A DNA stretch of 64,000 bases from an uncultured Oscillibacter sp. (GTDB lineage: Bacteria; Bacillota; Clostridia; Oscillospirales; Oscillospiraceae), in the NCBI GenBank assembly GCA_910588005.1, contig CAJUQM010000001.1, positions 6,158-70,157 of the forward strand. Reading direction: 5' to 3'. The notes under the pieces were generated by a model that was not told the origin of the DNA, searched no databases, and saw only the letters and a program-made list of their open reading frames with translations. Shown here one piece after another: positions 17,489-26,091 of the stretch (positions within the stretch are counted from its first letter, which is position 1; the number at the start of each line of letters is the position of its first letter). A program made the position numbers and the translations under genes.

Positions 17489-17563
17489 TTAACTTTTGAC
17501 TTTGAACAGCCTGCGCAAAATACCCCGCAAAGCCTTAGGGGATTTCCAAACCACGATATTCAT
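17489..17563 (-). CDS. 24-aa cationic amphipathic peptide (hypothetical microprotein)
   Basis: MNIVVWKSPKALRGILRRLFKVKS*, with 7 basic and 0 acidic residues. AAAGGAG lies 7 nt upstream of the ATG. The ATG is 14 nt after the stop of the 52-aa membrane protein gene. Confidence 0.25.
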   Translation of the reverse strand: MNIVVWKSPKALRGILRRLFKVKS

Positions 17564-17577
17564 GCCCAAACTCCTTT

Positions 17578-17736
17578 CTACCGCTTGCAGCAGGCAAGAC
17601 CACACGCAATCAATAAAAATGCCACCAGCAGCATCAATGCCCCCACGGGAAAGATGGCCGCGATCAGGATTCCGGCGCCCAGCGCCACCGCGCAAATCCC
17701 CAGAATCAGACCGCCGCCCGGACCTCCATTACACAT
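17578..17736 (-). CDS. 52-aa Gly/Ala/Leu-rich two-TM membrane microprotein ending in CCKR
   Basis: ORF 17578..17847, trimmed to ATG 17736, which is preceded by AGGAAAGGAGG. Sequence: MCNGGPGGGLILGICAVALGAGILIAAIFPVGALMLLVAFLLIACGLACCKR. Confidence 0.5.
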   Translation of the reverse strand: MCNGGPGGGLILGICAVALGAGILIAAIFPVGALMLLVAFLLIACGLACCKR

Positions 17737-17796
17737 GCGTCCCGCCTCCTTTCCTGCTAACAGTATATCCGCAGAGTCTGTCCGAGGTGCGGCAAT

Positions 17797-17833
17797 ATAA
17801 AAAGGCCGCTGGAGGTCTTCATCTCCAGCGGCC
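17797..17833 (-). terminator. rho-independent terminator of rsgA
   Basis: GGCCGCTGGAG-n8-CTCCAGCGGCC, followed on the minus strand by TTTTT. Confidence 0.7.
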
Positions 17834-17878
17834 GCAAAAAAATCCATTTTAAAGGTTTTTTTAATCAGTATAATGGCA

Positions 17879-18775
17879 TTATTTTCTTCCCTTTACTGCA
17901 TTCCACTCCTGTAAAGACTTTAATTCCTCATGCAGCCGCAGATAACTCCTGTGACGGCTTACCTGGATTTTTCCACTTTGTACAGCCTCCAATACAGCGC
18001 ACCCGCTCTCTTTGGTATGGCTGCATCCTGTAAATTGACAGCTGCCCAGATACGGTCCAAACTCCAAAAAGGTCTCAGGCAGGTGTTTTTTCAGCTCTAA
18101 ATTTAATTCATTCGTCTCAAACGAAGAAAAACCTGGAGAGTCCACCACTTCGGCTCCGCAGCCCAGCTTATAGAGTTCCACATGACGCGTGGTATGCCGG
18201 CCCCGCCCCAGAGCTTGACTGACCTCTCCCACCTGAATATGGAATTGTGGATCTAACGCGTTTAAAATACTGGACTTTCCAACACCGGAATTTCCTGTAA
18301 AGGCAGATAGCTTTCCAGAGATCAGAGTCTTTAGATCCTCGATTCCCTCTCCTGTCACCGCGCTGATCCGAAGGGTGGGAAATCCAGCGGCACAATAGAT
18401 CCCATACAATTCATCCGCCTGGTCTAAATCACATTTGTTCAAAAGAACCACTACCTGGCATTCCTTCAGCGCCGCAATGGCCGCAACCCGGTCAATGAGA
18501 AATGGATCTGTCCTGGGAACAGCGGCAGACGCAATAACCACCAACTGATCGATATTGGCGACAGCGGGCCGGACAAAGGTGTTTTTTCTAGAACAAATAT
18601 GTTCCAGAAATCCCTCGCCATTGCCCAGCTCCCGGACCGCCACTCGATCTCCCACCAGAGGGGAAATTCCGTCTTTACGGAATTTCCCCCTGGCGCGGCA
18701 GGTGAGAATCCGGTTATCCACATCCACATAATAAAAGCCGCTGAGTGCTTTTAAAATTCGTCCCTCCGCCATCAT
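17879..18775 (-). CDS. rsgA: ribosome small subunit-dependent GTPase A
   Basis: 298 aa. Circularly permuted GTPase motifs LNKCDL and GNSGVGKSS. C-terminal zinc knuckle CQFTGCSHTKESGC. Confidence 0.92.
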   Translation of the reverse strand: MMAEGRILKALSGFYYVDVDNRILTCRARGKFRKDGISPLVGDRVAVRELGNGEGFLEHICSRKNTFVRPAVANIDQLVVIASAAVPRTDPFLIDRVAAIAALKECQVVVLLNKCDLDQADELYGIYCAAGFPTLRISAVTGEGIEDLKTLISGKLSAFTGNSGVGKSSILNALDPQFHIQVGEVSQALGRGRHTTRHVELYKLGCGAEVVDSPGFSSFETNELNLELKKHLPETFLEFGPYLGSCQFTGCSHTKESGCAVLEAVQSGKIQVSRHRSYLRLHEELKSLQEWNAVKGRK

Positions 18776-20757
18776 ACACCAAACATAATATCTTGGTCGT
18801 AGATGATCTCACCGTCCAGATAGGCTGTCACGTGGACCGTTCCGCTGCCTTCCAGCTCCAGGAAGTGGCTTCCGGGCCTGCAATCTATATTTTCAGCGAA
18901 GATACAGTCACTGTCTTGATAGATTTGCAGGTAACCGCTGTCATGGACTGTCGGAATCGGAATCGTCAAAGAATAGGTCAAGATTGTCCCCGCTCCGTCC
19001 TCCGGGCCGTTACTGACGACTACGTTGACTTTTGTGCCAGGAGCAACTTCTCCAGAGGCGGGATCCTGACTGATGATCAAACCCTCATCCACTTCTGTAC
19101 TGGCGTCATAGGTGATTTCGCCCAATTCCAGGCCGCCCAACTGCAGCATGCTCCTTGCCACATCCACTTGGAGATTTTTTACGGAAACAACCGTAACCGG
19201 CTGAGGACCCTTGCTGAGAACCACATAGACCGTATCCCCATTTTTCAGCTCCGAATCCTTGGCAGGTTCAAAGGAGATCACGTGGCCCTCGGTGACCTCG
19301 TCGCTGTACGCCCGCTCCTCCTCCATAATGGTCAAATTGTACTTTGCCTTTAGATCCTGCATCATCACTGTGACTTCCGCCATAGAGCGGTCCTTTAAGT
19401 CGGGCATAACACCGGTCTCTTGACCAGCGCTGATCCAAACAGTGATCACCAAGCTATCGCCCTTGCGGTTCTCACCTGCAGCCGGCTCTTGCTTGGCAAT
19501 CTCTCCCGGCGCGTACTCATTGGAATAGAAGGTCTCCTCTCTGGTAACGATGGTAAAGATATCTTTGATCTCAGGCATCTCGTTGGCACTGGACAAGGTC
19601 TCCCCCAAGAGATTTGGCACAACGTATTGCTCCGGCGCTGCCGGGCTGAAAGAACTCAGAATGGAGCGGAACATCACACCCGCCAATGCCAAAGCCAACG
19701 CGCAGGCCACAACAACCAGTGCTATGCGCCCTTTGCTGGCACCGGACTCCGGCTGGTCGTAGTCATCATAATCCCGGCGGCGTTCCCGCTCTTTTTCCCG
19801 CGCTCTGACAGGGGCAGAACGATGGGAAACCACAACGTTGCCTCCGTTAGACCCGGCGGTCCGCAGCTTCGTAGTGGGTTCGTCTACCTCTTCAGGGCGT
19901 AGATCCCGCATCTCAAAATCCAAACTGGCACCGGGATTCTTGCGGAAAGACTCCAAGTCCTGAATCATCTCCTCGGCAGAGCCATACCGCCGCTCGATAT
20001 CTGGAGCCATGGCTTTCATACAGATCAATTCCAGCTGTTCCGGAATCTCCGGGTTCACCTCTCTGGGGGCCAGCGGAATAGAACTCAAATGCTGGATGGC
20101 CACAGACACAGCGGAGTCCCCCTCAAAGGGCAATCGTCCTGCCAGCATCTCGTACAATACCACACCGGCAGAATAGATGTCGCTGCGGGCATCGGTTCTG
20201 TCTCCCCGCGCCTGCTCCGGCGAGATATAGTGAACGGATCCCAGGGCCTCCTGCGTCAAGGTCTGGGCAGAGTTCTCCAAACATGCGATCCCAAAATCGG
20301 CCACTTTTACGCTGCCGTCCCGCAAAACCATAATATTTTGCGGCTTAATATCACGGTGGACGATTCCACGGCTATGGGCATGGGAAAGCCCCCGCATGAT
20401 TTGCGTAATAAAGTGCAGCGACTCTCTCCAATTTAAACGGCCGCGTTTTTCCATATACTGCTTCAACGTAATGCCGTCAATCAGTTCCATGACGATATAC
20501 TCCATATCGCCGCCCTTGGACACGTCGTAAACCGACACAATGTTGGGGTGAGACAACTGGGCAACGGCTTGGGACTCCGCATTAAAACGGCGGCGAAAAT
20601 CCGCATCCTGGGCCAAATCGCTTTTCAAAATCTTGATGGCTACCAAACGGTTCAACCGATGGCATTTCGCCTTGTAAACCACCGCCATACCGCCCATGCC
20701 AATCCGCTCCAAAATTTCATAGCGGTTATCCAGCATTTTTCCGATATACTGATCCAT
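18772..20757 (-). CDS. prkC: Ser/Thr protein kinase with extracellular PASTA repeats
   Basis: 661 aa. Hanks kinase motifs (VAIK, HRDIKPQN, DFG, SPEQ), one TM segment and three PASTA-like repeats. Confidence 0.92.
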   Translation of the reverse strand: MDQYIGKMLDNRYEILERIGMGGMAVVYKAKCHRLNRLVAIKILKSDLAQDADFRRRFNAESQAVAQLSHPNIVSVYDVSKGGDMEYIVMELIDGITLKQYMEKRGRLNWRESLHFITQIMRGLSHAHSRGIVHRDIKPQNIMVLRDGSVKVADFGIACLENSAQTLTQEALGSVHYISPEQARGDRTDARSDIYSAGVVLYEMLAGRLPFEGDSAVSVAIQHLSSIPLAPREVNPEIPEQLELICMKAMAPDIERRYGSAEEMIQDLESFRKNPGASLDFEMRDLRPEEVDEPTTKLRTAGSNGGNVVVSHRSAPVRAREKERERRRDYDDYDQPESGASKGRIALVVVACALALALAGVMFRSILSSFSPAAPEQYVVPNLLGETLSSANEMPEIKDIFTIVTREETFYSNEYAPGEIAKQEPAAGENRKGDSLVITVWISAGQETGVMPDLKDRSMAEVTVMMQDLKAKYNLTIMEEERAYSDEVTEGHVISFEPAKDSELKNGDTVYVVLSKGPQPVTVVSVKNLQVDVARSMLQLGGLELGEITYDASTEVDEGLIISQDPASGEVAPGTKVNVVVSNGPEDGAGTILTYSLTIPIPTVHDSGYLQIYQDSDCIFAENIDCRPGSHFLELEGSGTVHVTAYLDGEIIYDQDIMFGV

Positions 20758-20770
20758 AGTCTCCCCCTTC

Positions 20771-21511
20771 TTACAGCACTTGCAACAACACGGCGGTCAC
20801 ATTGTCCGGCGCACCGTGTTCCTTGGCAATCTGCAGCAGCCACTCCAGGGCATGTTCCAACCCCTCGCTATGGAGGACCACAGACAGCATCTCCTGATCT
20901 GTAACAGTATTAACCAGACCATCGCTACACAAAAGCAAAAATTCTCCTGCCGCCATAGGACAGATGTATCCGTCGCATTCCGCGTCAATATCCGGTCCCA
21001 ACGCCCTGGTAATGAGATTCCGGTTCGGATGGCGCCTGGCCTCCTCGGCGGTAATATCCCCCCGCTCCACCATGCTTTGCACCAGGGAGTGGTCTGTGGT
21101 CACTCTGGTAATCCCCGCAGCTGAAATATGATAGGCCCGGCTGTCTCCCACATTGGTGATAACCGCCCCATCCGCGTATGTTATGGCGGAGACCAGGGTT
21201 GTACCCATGCCGCCGTACTCCGGCGATTCTCCGGCAACGGTCTGAATCGCCCGGTTAGCCAGAGAGACTGCGTAAGACGAAGCCTCCCGCAGCTGCTCCG
21301 GGTTCATAGCGGCGGTCAGCACCTTCTCCAGCTCCTCCAAATAGGTGGTAACGGCGATCTGGCTGGCCAGCTTTCCGCCGGCGGCGCCGCCCATACCGTC
21401 GCAGACCACGCAGACCGTGTGGCCGGAGAGGGTCTCCTCTCTCACCGCATAAGCATCTTGATTCTCCTTGCGAACCAATCCCACATCGGTGATCCCCTGT
21501 ACTCGAATCAT
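20771..21511 (-). CDS. stp: PP2C-family Ser/Thr phosphatase (Stp/PrpC)
   Basis: 246 aa. TDVGLVRKENQDA, VCDGMGG and DNVTAVLL motifs. Confidence 0.92.
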   Translation of the reverse strand: MIRVQGITDVGLVRKENQDAYAVREETLSGHTVCVVCDGMGGAAGGKLASQIAVTTYLEELEKVLTAAMNPEQLREASSYAVSLANRAIQTVAGESPEYGGMGTTLVSAITYADGAVITNVGDSRAYHISAAGITRVTTDHSLVQSMVERGDITAEEARRHPNRNLITRALGPDIDAECDGYICPMAAGEFLLLCSDGLVNTVTDQEMLSVVLHSEGLEHALEWLLQIAKEHGAPDNVTAVLLQVL

Positions 21512-22551
21512 TGGGAACTCTCCCCTTTCTGTGCTTCTTCCATTGCCTTCCGCCGGAGCTGTCCGCAGGAGGCGTCAATATCTCCGCCCAAGCTTCGCCG
21601 CACAGTGGCGGTAAGCCCGTGAGATTCCAAACGCTTTTGAAAATCTGCCAGACGTCCGGAGGGTTTGAAGGAACTCTCAGCCACGTCATTCAGCGGAATC
21701 AAGTTCACATGCCCCGGCATGCCCCGCAGCTTTTGTGCAATCAGATCCGCCTGCCAGTCATGGTCATTGACATTGCCGATCAGGGCATATTCAAAGGAAA
21801 TCCGGCGGCCGGTCGTTTGGAAGTAGTGGTGACAGGCGGCAAACAATTCCTCCACGTCATAAGCCCGGTTTACCGGCATAATGCGGGAACGAGTTTCACT
21901 GTCCGGCGCATGGAGGGAGACGGACAACGTCAACTGCAATTCCAGCTCCGCCAGACGGAAAATACCAGGGACCAACCCGCAAGTGGACAGGGAGATATGC
22001 CGCATGCCGATGTTCAATCCATCCGGATGATTTACCAGCTCTAAAAATCGAAGCACCGCATCCAGATTGTCCAGCGGCTCACCGATCCCCATCAACACAA
22101 TATTGGAGACAGGCTCACCTGAATCCAACTGAGTAAAGATCACCTGGTCCAGCATTTCGCCAGGCGTCAGATCCCGGACCTTTCCCGCAATGGTAGAGGC
22201 ACAGAAGGCGCACCCCATCCGGCACCCCACTTGAGAGGAGATACAGACGGTATTGCCGTGGCGGTACCGCATGAGAACAGATTCAATGCAGTTGCCATCC
22301 TCCAGCTCCCATAGATATTTGATTGTCCCATCCAGACGAGAGACCTGTTTTCTAACCGGTCTCGGTACGTCGAGAGGATAAGAGGCCTCCAGCTTCCGCC
22401 GGAGATCTTTGGGAATATTCCCCATTTCGTCGTAGGACGTTATCCCTTTGTGCAGCCAGGTAAACACCTGCTTCCCGCGGAAAGCAGGTTCCCCCATGGC
22501 CCGCAGAGTCTCTGTCAGTTCCGGCAGGGTCAGTGATTTCAGCTCGTTCAT
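21508..22551 (-). CDS. rlmN: 23S rRNA (adenine2503-C2)-methyltransferase, radical SAM
   Basis: ORF 21508..22617, trimmed to MNELKSL at 22551 (ATGA overlap with the rsmB stop). CxxxCxxC motif GCRMGCAFC. Confidence 0.9.
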   Translation of the reverse strand: MNELKSLTLPELTETLRAMGEPAFRGKQVFTWLHKGITSYDEMGNIPKDLRRKLEASYPLDVPRPVRKQVSRLDGTIKYLWELEDGNCIESVLMRYRHGNTVCISSQVGCRMGCAFCASTIAGKVRDLTPGEMLDQVIFTQLDSGEPVSNIVLMGIGEPLDNLDAVLRFLELVNHPDGLNIGMRHISLSTCGLVPGIFRLAELELQLTLSVSLHAPDSETRSRIMPVNRAYDVEELFAACHHYFQTTGRRISFEYALIGNVNDHDWQADLIAQKLRGMPGHVNLIPLNDVAESSFKPSGRLADFQKRLESHGLTATVRRSLGGDIDASCGQLRRKAMEEAQKGESSQ

Positions 22552-23876
22552 ACGCTCCTCGCTTGCCGCCGCATGCGGCAGATGTAAAAGCCGTCGGTGC
22601 CGTGGCGCTGCGGCCATAGGGTGATCTCCCCGGAGATCTCTCCCAAGAACGGCAATAAAAACATCTCCCGGGAAAAATCCGGGTGCTCCGCCAAAAAAGC
22701 GTCTGTGGTTTGACCGTTTTCCTCCGGCAGAATGGTGCAGGTGGAGTATACCAGCGCTCCGCCGGGTCTCACATAGGCAGCAGCGTTATTTAAAATGTCA
22801 TACTGGATCGAGGGCAGTGAAAAGAGATCATCTGCCTTTTTATAGCGGACATCCGGTTTTTTCCGGATAATGCCGAGACCTGAACAGGGCGCATCCACCA
22901 GCACGGTATCAAATTGCTCCGCCCACTCCGGACGAAAAACCCGCCCATCCACAGCCGCAGTATCGATACAGGTAAGTCTCAGCCGCTCCGCGCCCTCTTG
23001 GATGCGCTTTAGTTTGTTTTCCCGGATATCACAAGCTAGAATACGGCCCTGGCCGCCCAGTGCGGCGGCGGCGGAAAAGGACTTTCCGCCGGGAGCCGCG
23101 CACACATCCAGCACCTGGTCTCCCGGTTTTACCTTCATCGCCGAAACAGCCAGACAGGCCGCCGGATCCTGAATGTAAAAGGCCCCTTCCCGAAACGCTC
23201 TCAGCCGCTCCAGATCCCCCGTCCCAGACAGCAGCAGACATCCCGGAAGCCACGGATGTGCCTCTGCGCCCACACCTTCCGACGCCAGCGCCGCTTGAAG
23301 CGCGTCCACTGTTCCCCACATAGGATTGATCTGAGCCGCCGTGGGCGGCTGGCTGTTGCTGGCCGTGAGAAAACGCTCCGTCTCCTCCCTGCCCAGTATC
23401 TCCAAAAGGCGTTTTACCAGCCATTTGGGATGGCTGTATCGAATAGAGAGGTATTTTGCCTCCTCCCTCTCCGGAATTGGCGGCAAATGGTTTTTATTCT
23501 GTGAAATTTTCCGCAAAACGGCGTTGACCAGGCCGGCGGCCTGTCCCCGTCCAGCCCCTTTTGCCAGCTCCACAGAGGTGTTTACGGCGGCGCTGTCCGG
23601 AACTCTCTCCAAAAACAATATCTGGTATGAGCCGATGCGCAGAATCTCTAACAGCGGCGGCTGGAGATGCTCCGGTTTTTGCGTGCAATATGCCGCGATA
23701 TAGAAATCCAGCAGCATCCGGTTCTGCGTCACTCCGTAGACTATGCGGCTGCACAGGGCGGCCTCCGAACCGGTCAGACCGTCTCTGCTCAACCGGGCCT
23801 TTAAGGCGGCGTCTGCCCAAGCGCCCTTAATGCGGCAGGCAGACAATACCCGCAGCGCCGTCTCCCGAGCGCTCAC
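22548..23876 (-). CDS. rsmB: 16S rRNA (cytosine967-C5)-methyltransferase
   Basis: 442 aa. NusB-like N-terminus, SAM-binding DVCAAPGGKS and catalytic DAPCSG and TCT motifs. Confidence 0.9.
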   Translation of the reverse strand: MSARETALRVLSACRIKGAWADAALKARLSRDGLTGSEAALCSRIVYGVTQNRMLLDFYIAAYCTQKPEHLQPPLLEILRIGSYQILFLERVPDSAAVNTSVELAKGAGRGQAAGLVNAVLRKISQNKNHLPPIPEREEAKYLSIRYSHPKWLVKRLLEILGREETERFLTASNSQPPTAAQINPMWGTVDALQAALASEGVGAEAHPWLPGCLLLSGTGDLERLRAFREGAFYIQDPAACLAVSAMKVKPGDQVLDVCAAPGGKSFSAAAALGGQGRILACDIRENKLKRIQEGAERLRLTCIDTAAVDGRVFRPEWAEQFDTVLVDAPCSGLGIIRKKPDVRYKKADDLFSLPSIQYDILNNAAAYVRPGGALVYSTCTILPEENGQTTDAFLAEHPDFSREMFLLPFLGEISGEITLWPQRHGTDGFYICRMRRQARSV

Positions 23877-24607
23877 CGGCGGCCTCCTCTGCGGTCACCG
23901 CCGCTCCGTGCCAAAAATATCAGCACAAACCGCAGCAGCTGCAAGGCGGACATCAGCAGCGCGGCCACATAGGTCATCGCCGCCGCCCGCAGAACCCTTT
24001 TGGCTCCGCCGATCTCGTCCTCCTCCAATAAGCGCTGTCCCTCAATGGTCTCAATGGCCCTGGCAGAGGCATTGAACTCCACCGGCAGCGTCACCAGCTG
24101 AAACACCGTGGTCAGGGAAAACAGTAGAATTCCCGCCAGAAACAGCATTTGACTGTACAGCACCATACCGATAATCAACAGTATGAAGGAAAATTTGGAA
24201 CCGATCTGGGTAGCGGGAATAATCGCTCCCCGCAGCCGTACCGGACCATAGTTCTCGGCATACTGAACCGCGTGACCCGCCTCATGGGCGGCTACGCCAA
24301 CCGCTGCAACCGTAGGCGCATTGTAGACAGAGTCGGACAAATAAATCGTATTATCCCTGGGGTCATAGTGATCGGTTAGGCTTCCCCGGCAGGCCCTGAC
24401 GGGCACATCGTATACACCGTGGGCGCGGAGAACGGCCTCCGCCGCCTGGGCGCCGGTCAAACGCCTGCGATTATTAACGGCACTGTATTTTCGAAAGTTT
24501 CCGCTGACTTGACATTGTGCCCACAGGGACAGAATCATCACTGGAATCAGCAAAATGCAGTAAATATTATTGGCAAAAAAAGCGCCGTAACTGTAATAAT
24601 AAGGCAT
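23873..24607 (-). CDS. YugP-type membrane zinc metallopeptidase (PF04298-like)
   Basis: ORF 23873..24715, trimmed to MPYYYSYG at 24607 (GAGGAG RBS). HEAGHAVQ zinc motif with flanking TM segments. Confidence 0.8.
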   Translation of the reverse strand: MPYYYSYGAFFANNIYCILLIPVMILSLWAQCQVSGNFRKYSAVNNRRRLTGAQAAEAVLRAHGVYDVPVRACRGSLTDHYDPRDNTIYLSDSVYNAPTVAAVGVAAHEAGHAVQYAENYGPVRLRGAIIPATQIGSKFSFILLIIGMVLYSQMLFLAGILLFSLTTVFQLVTLPVEFNASARAIETIEGQRLLEEDEIGGAKRVLRAAAMTYVAALLMSALQLLRFVLIFLARSGGDRRGGRR

Positions 24608-24620
24608 AATTCTCCTCAAT

Positions 24621-25541
24621 TCAGCGTTGGATTGGATGACCTGCCAGATAAGCCGCCGCGGCCATCCGTTTGCCCCCCTGGGCCTGTAGTTCCAAGACCC
24701 GGAGCACTTTGCCATCCCCGCAGGCCAGGTCGATCCCCTGTTTCCCCGCCGCTATAATGGATCCGGGGGCAGCTGCGGTCTCTTCTCCTATCTCCCGTAC
24801 AAAGAACAGCTTCATGGGTTCGCCGCTGATCACATCCGTTGAAGCGCAGGGCCAGGGAATCAGTCCCCGAACCTGACATGCAATTTCGCGAGCGGGACGG
24901 GACCAGTCAATCGGGGACATCTCCTTACCCAGCATGGGCGCATAGGTGTGTAAAGACGCATCCTGAGGCACCCTCGCGGCGGTTCCGTCCGCCAATGACG
25001 CCACCGCCTGGGACAGTGCCCCTGCGCCCAAGTCCGCCAAACGCGCAGTCAGGGACTGGGCGTCCTCCTCCTCCCCGATGGGAGTGGATTTCTGCAAAAT
25101 CACATCGCCGGCATCCAGTTCTTTCGCCATATACATGATGGAGACGCCGCTCTCCTTCTCGCCGTTTAAGATGGCCCAGTTGATCGGTGCGGCGCCGCGG
25201 TATTTTGGAAGGAGAGAGGAGTGGACATTGATACACCCATAGTGCGGAACGCCCAAAATCTCTTCCGGCAAAATCTTTCCATAGGCCGCCACCACAATCA
25301 GTTCCGGCGCAAGGTCTCGCACCAGGCTCAGCGCCTCACTGGACCGCATAGACAGGGGCTGATAAACCGGGATTTTTTCTGTCAACGCATATTCCTTTAC
25401 GGGCGAAAAAGACAGCTTATGTCCCCTGTTTTTCGGTTTATCCGGCTGAGTGAATACGCCGCACACCGTATGACCATCTTTGACCAGACGCCGCAGAGAT
25501 GTCACGGCAAATTCCGGCGTCCCCATAAACAGAATCCGCAC
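24621..25541 (-). CDS. fmt: methionyl-tRNA formyltransferase
   Basis: 306 aa. MRILFMGTPEFAV and NVHSSLLPKYRGAAPINWAI motifs. Confidence 0.95.
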   Translation of the reverse strand: MRILFMGTPEFAVTSLRRLVKDGHTVCGVFTQPDKPKNRGHKLSFSPVKEYALTEKIPVYQPLSMRSSEALSLVRDLAPELIVVAAYGKILPEEILGVPHYGCINVHSSLLPKYRGAAPINWAILNGEKESGVSIMYMAKELDAGDVILQKSTPIGEEEDAQSLTARLADLGAGALSQAVASLADGTAARVPQDASLHTYAPMLGKEMSPIDWSRPAREIACQVRGLIPWPCASTDVISGEPMKLFFVREIGEETAAAPGSIIAAGKQGIDLACGDGKVLRVLELQAQGGKRMAAAAYLAGHPIQR

Positions 25542-25545
25542 GGAC

Positions 25546-26040
25546 TTATTCCTCCTCTTCTTCCAGGTACGTCTCTAATTCCTCTTCCGTGAGGAACCGG
25601 TCAATGTGTTCGGTATACATGTGACCATCCAAATGCTCAATCTCATGGCAGAAGGCCCGCGCCGTCAATCCTTCTCCCTCCGCCTCAAACCAATCTCCGT
25701 AGCGGTCCTGGGCTCGTACTCGCACTACGTTGGGCCGGGTGACAATTCCCCATTTTCCGGGAACGCTGAGACACCCCTCTAATCCCGTCTGCTCGCCGCT
25801 CTGGGACAGGATCTCCGGATTGACCAGTTCCAGGAACTCCTCTGCGTCTTCATCCAAAACCAGGCATACCCGGCGCAGCACTCCTACCTGGGGTGCTGCC
25901 AGACCGGCACCGTTGGCCTCAGACAGCGTCTCCGCCATGTCGTCCAGCAATTGGTGCAGCCGGGAATTAAACGCCGTCACAGGGCGGCAGACCTTGGTCA
26001 GGCAATCCTCGCCTTGCTCCACGATTTTTCGCAATGCCAT
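25546..26040 (-). CDS. def: peptide deformylase
   Basis: GAGLAAPQVG, EGCLSVPG and HEIEHLDG motifs, plus an acidic C-terminal tail. Confidence 0.95.
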   Translation of the reverse strand: MALRKIVEQGEDCLTKVCRPVTAFNSRLHQLLDDMAETLSEANGAGLAAPQVGVLRRVCLVLDEDAEEFLELVNPEILSQSGEQTGLEGCLSVPGKWGIVTRPNVVRVRAQDRYGDWFEAEGEGLTARAFCHEIEHLDGHMYTEHIDRFLTEEELETYLEEEEE

Positions 26041-26091
26041 AAATTTTTTCCTCCCTGATGGTTCGGACCGCTCTTTCGCAGGATCAAATTC

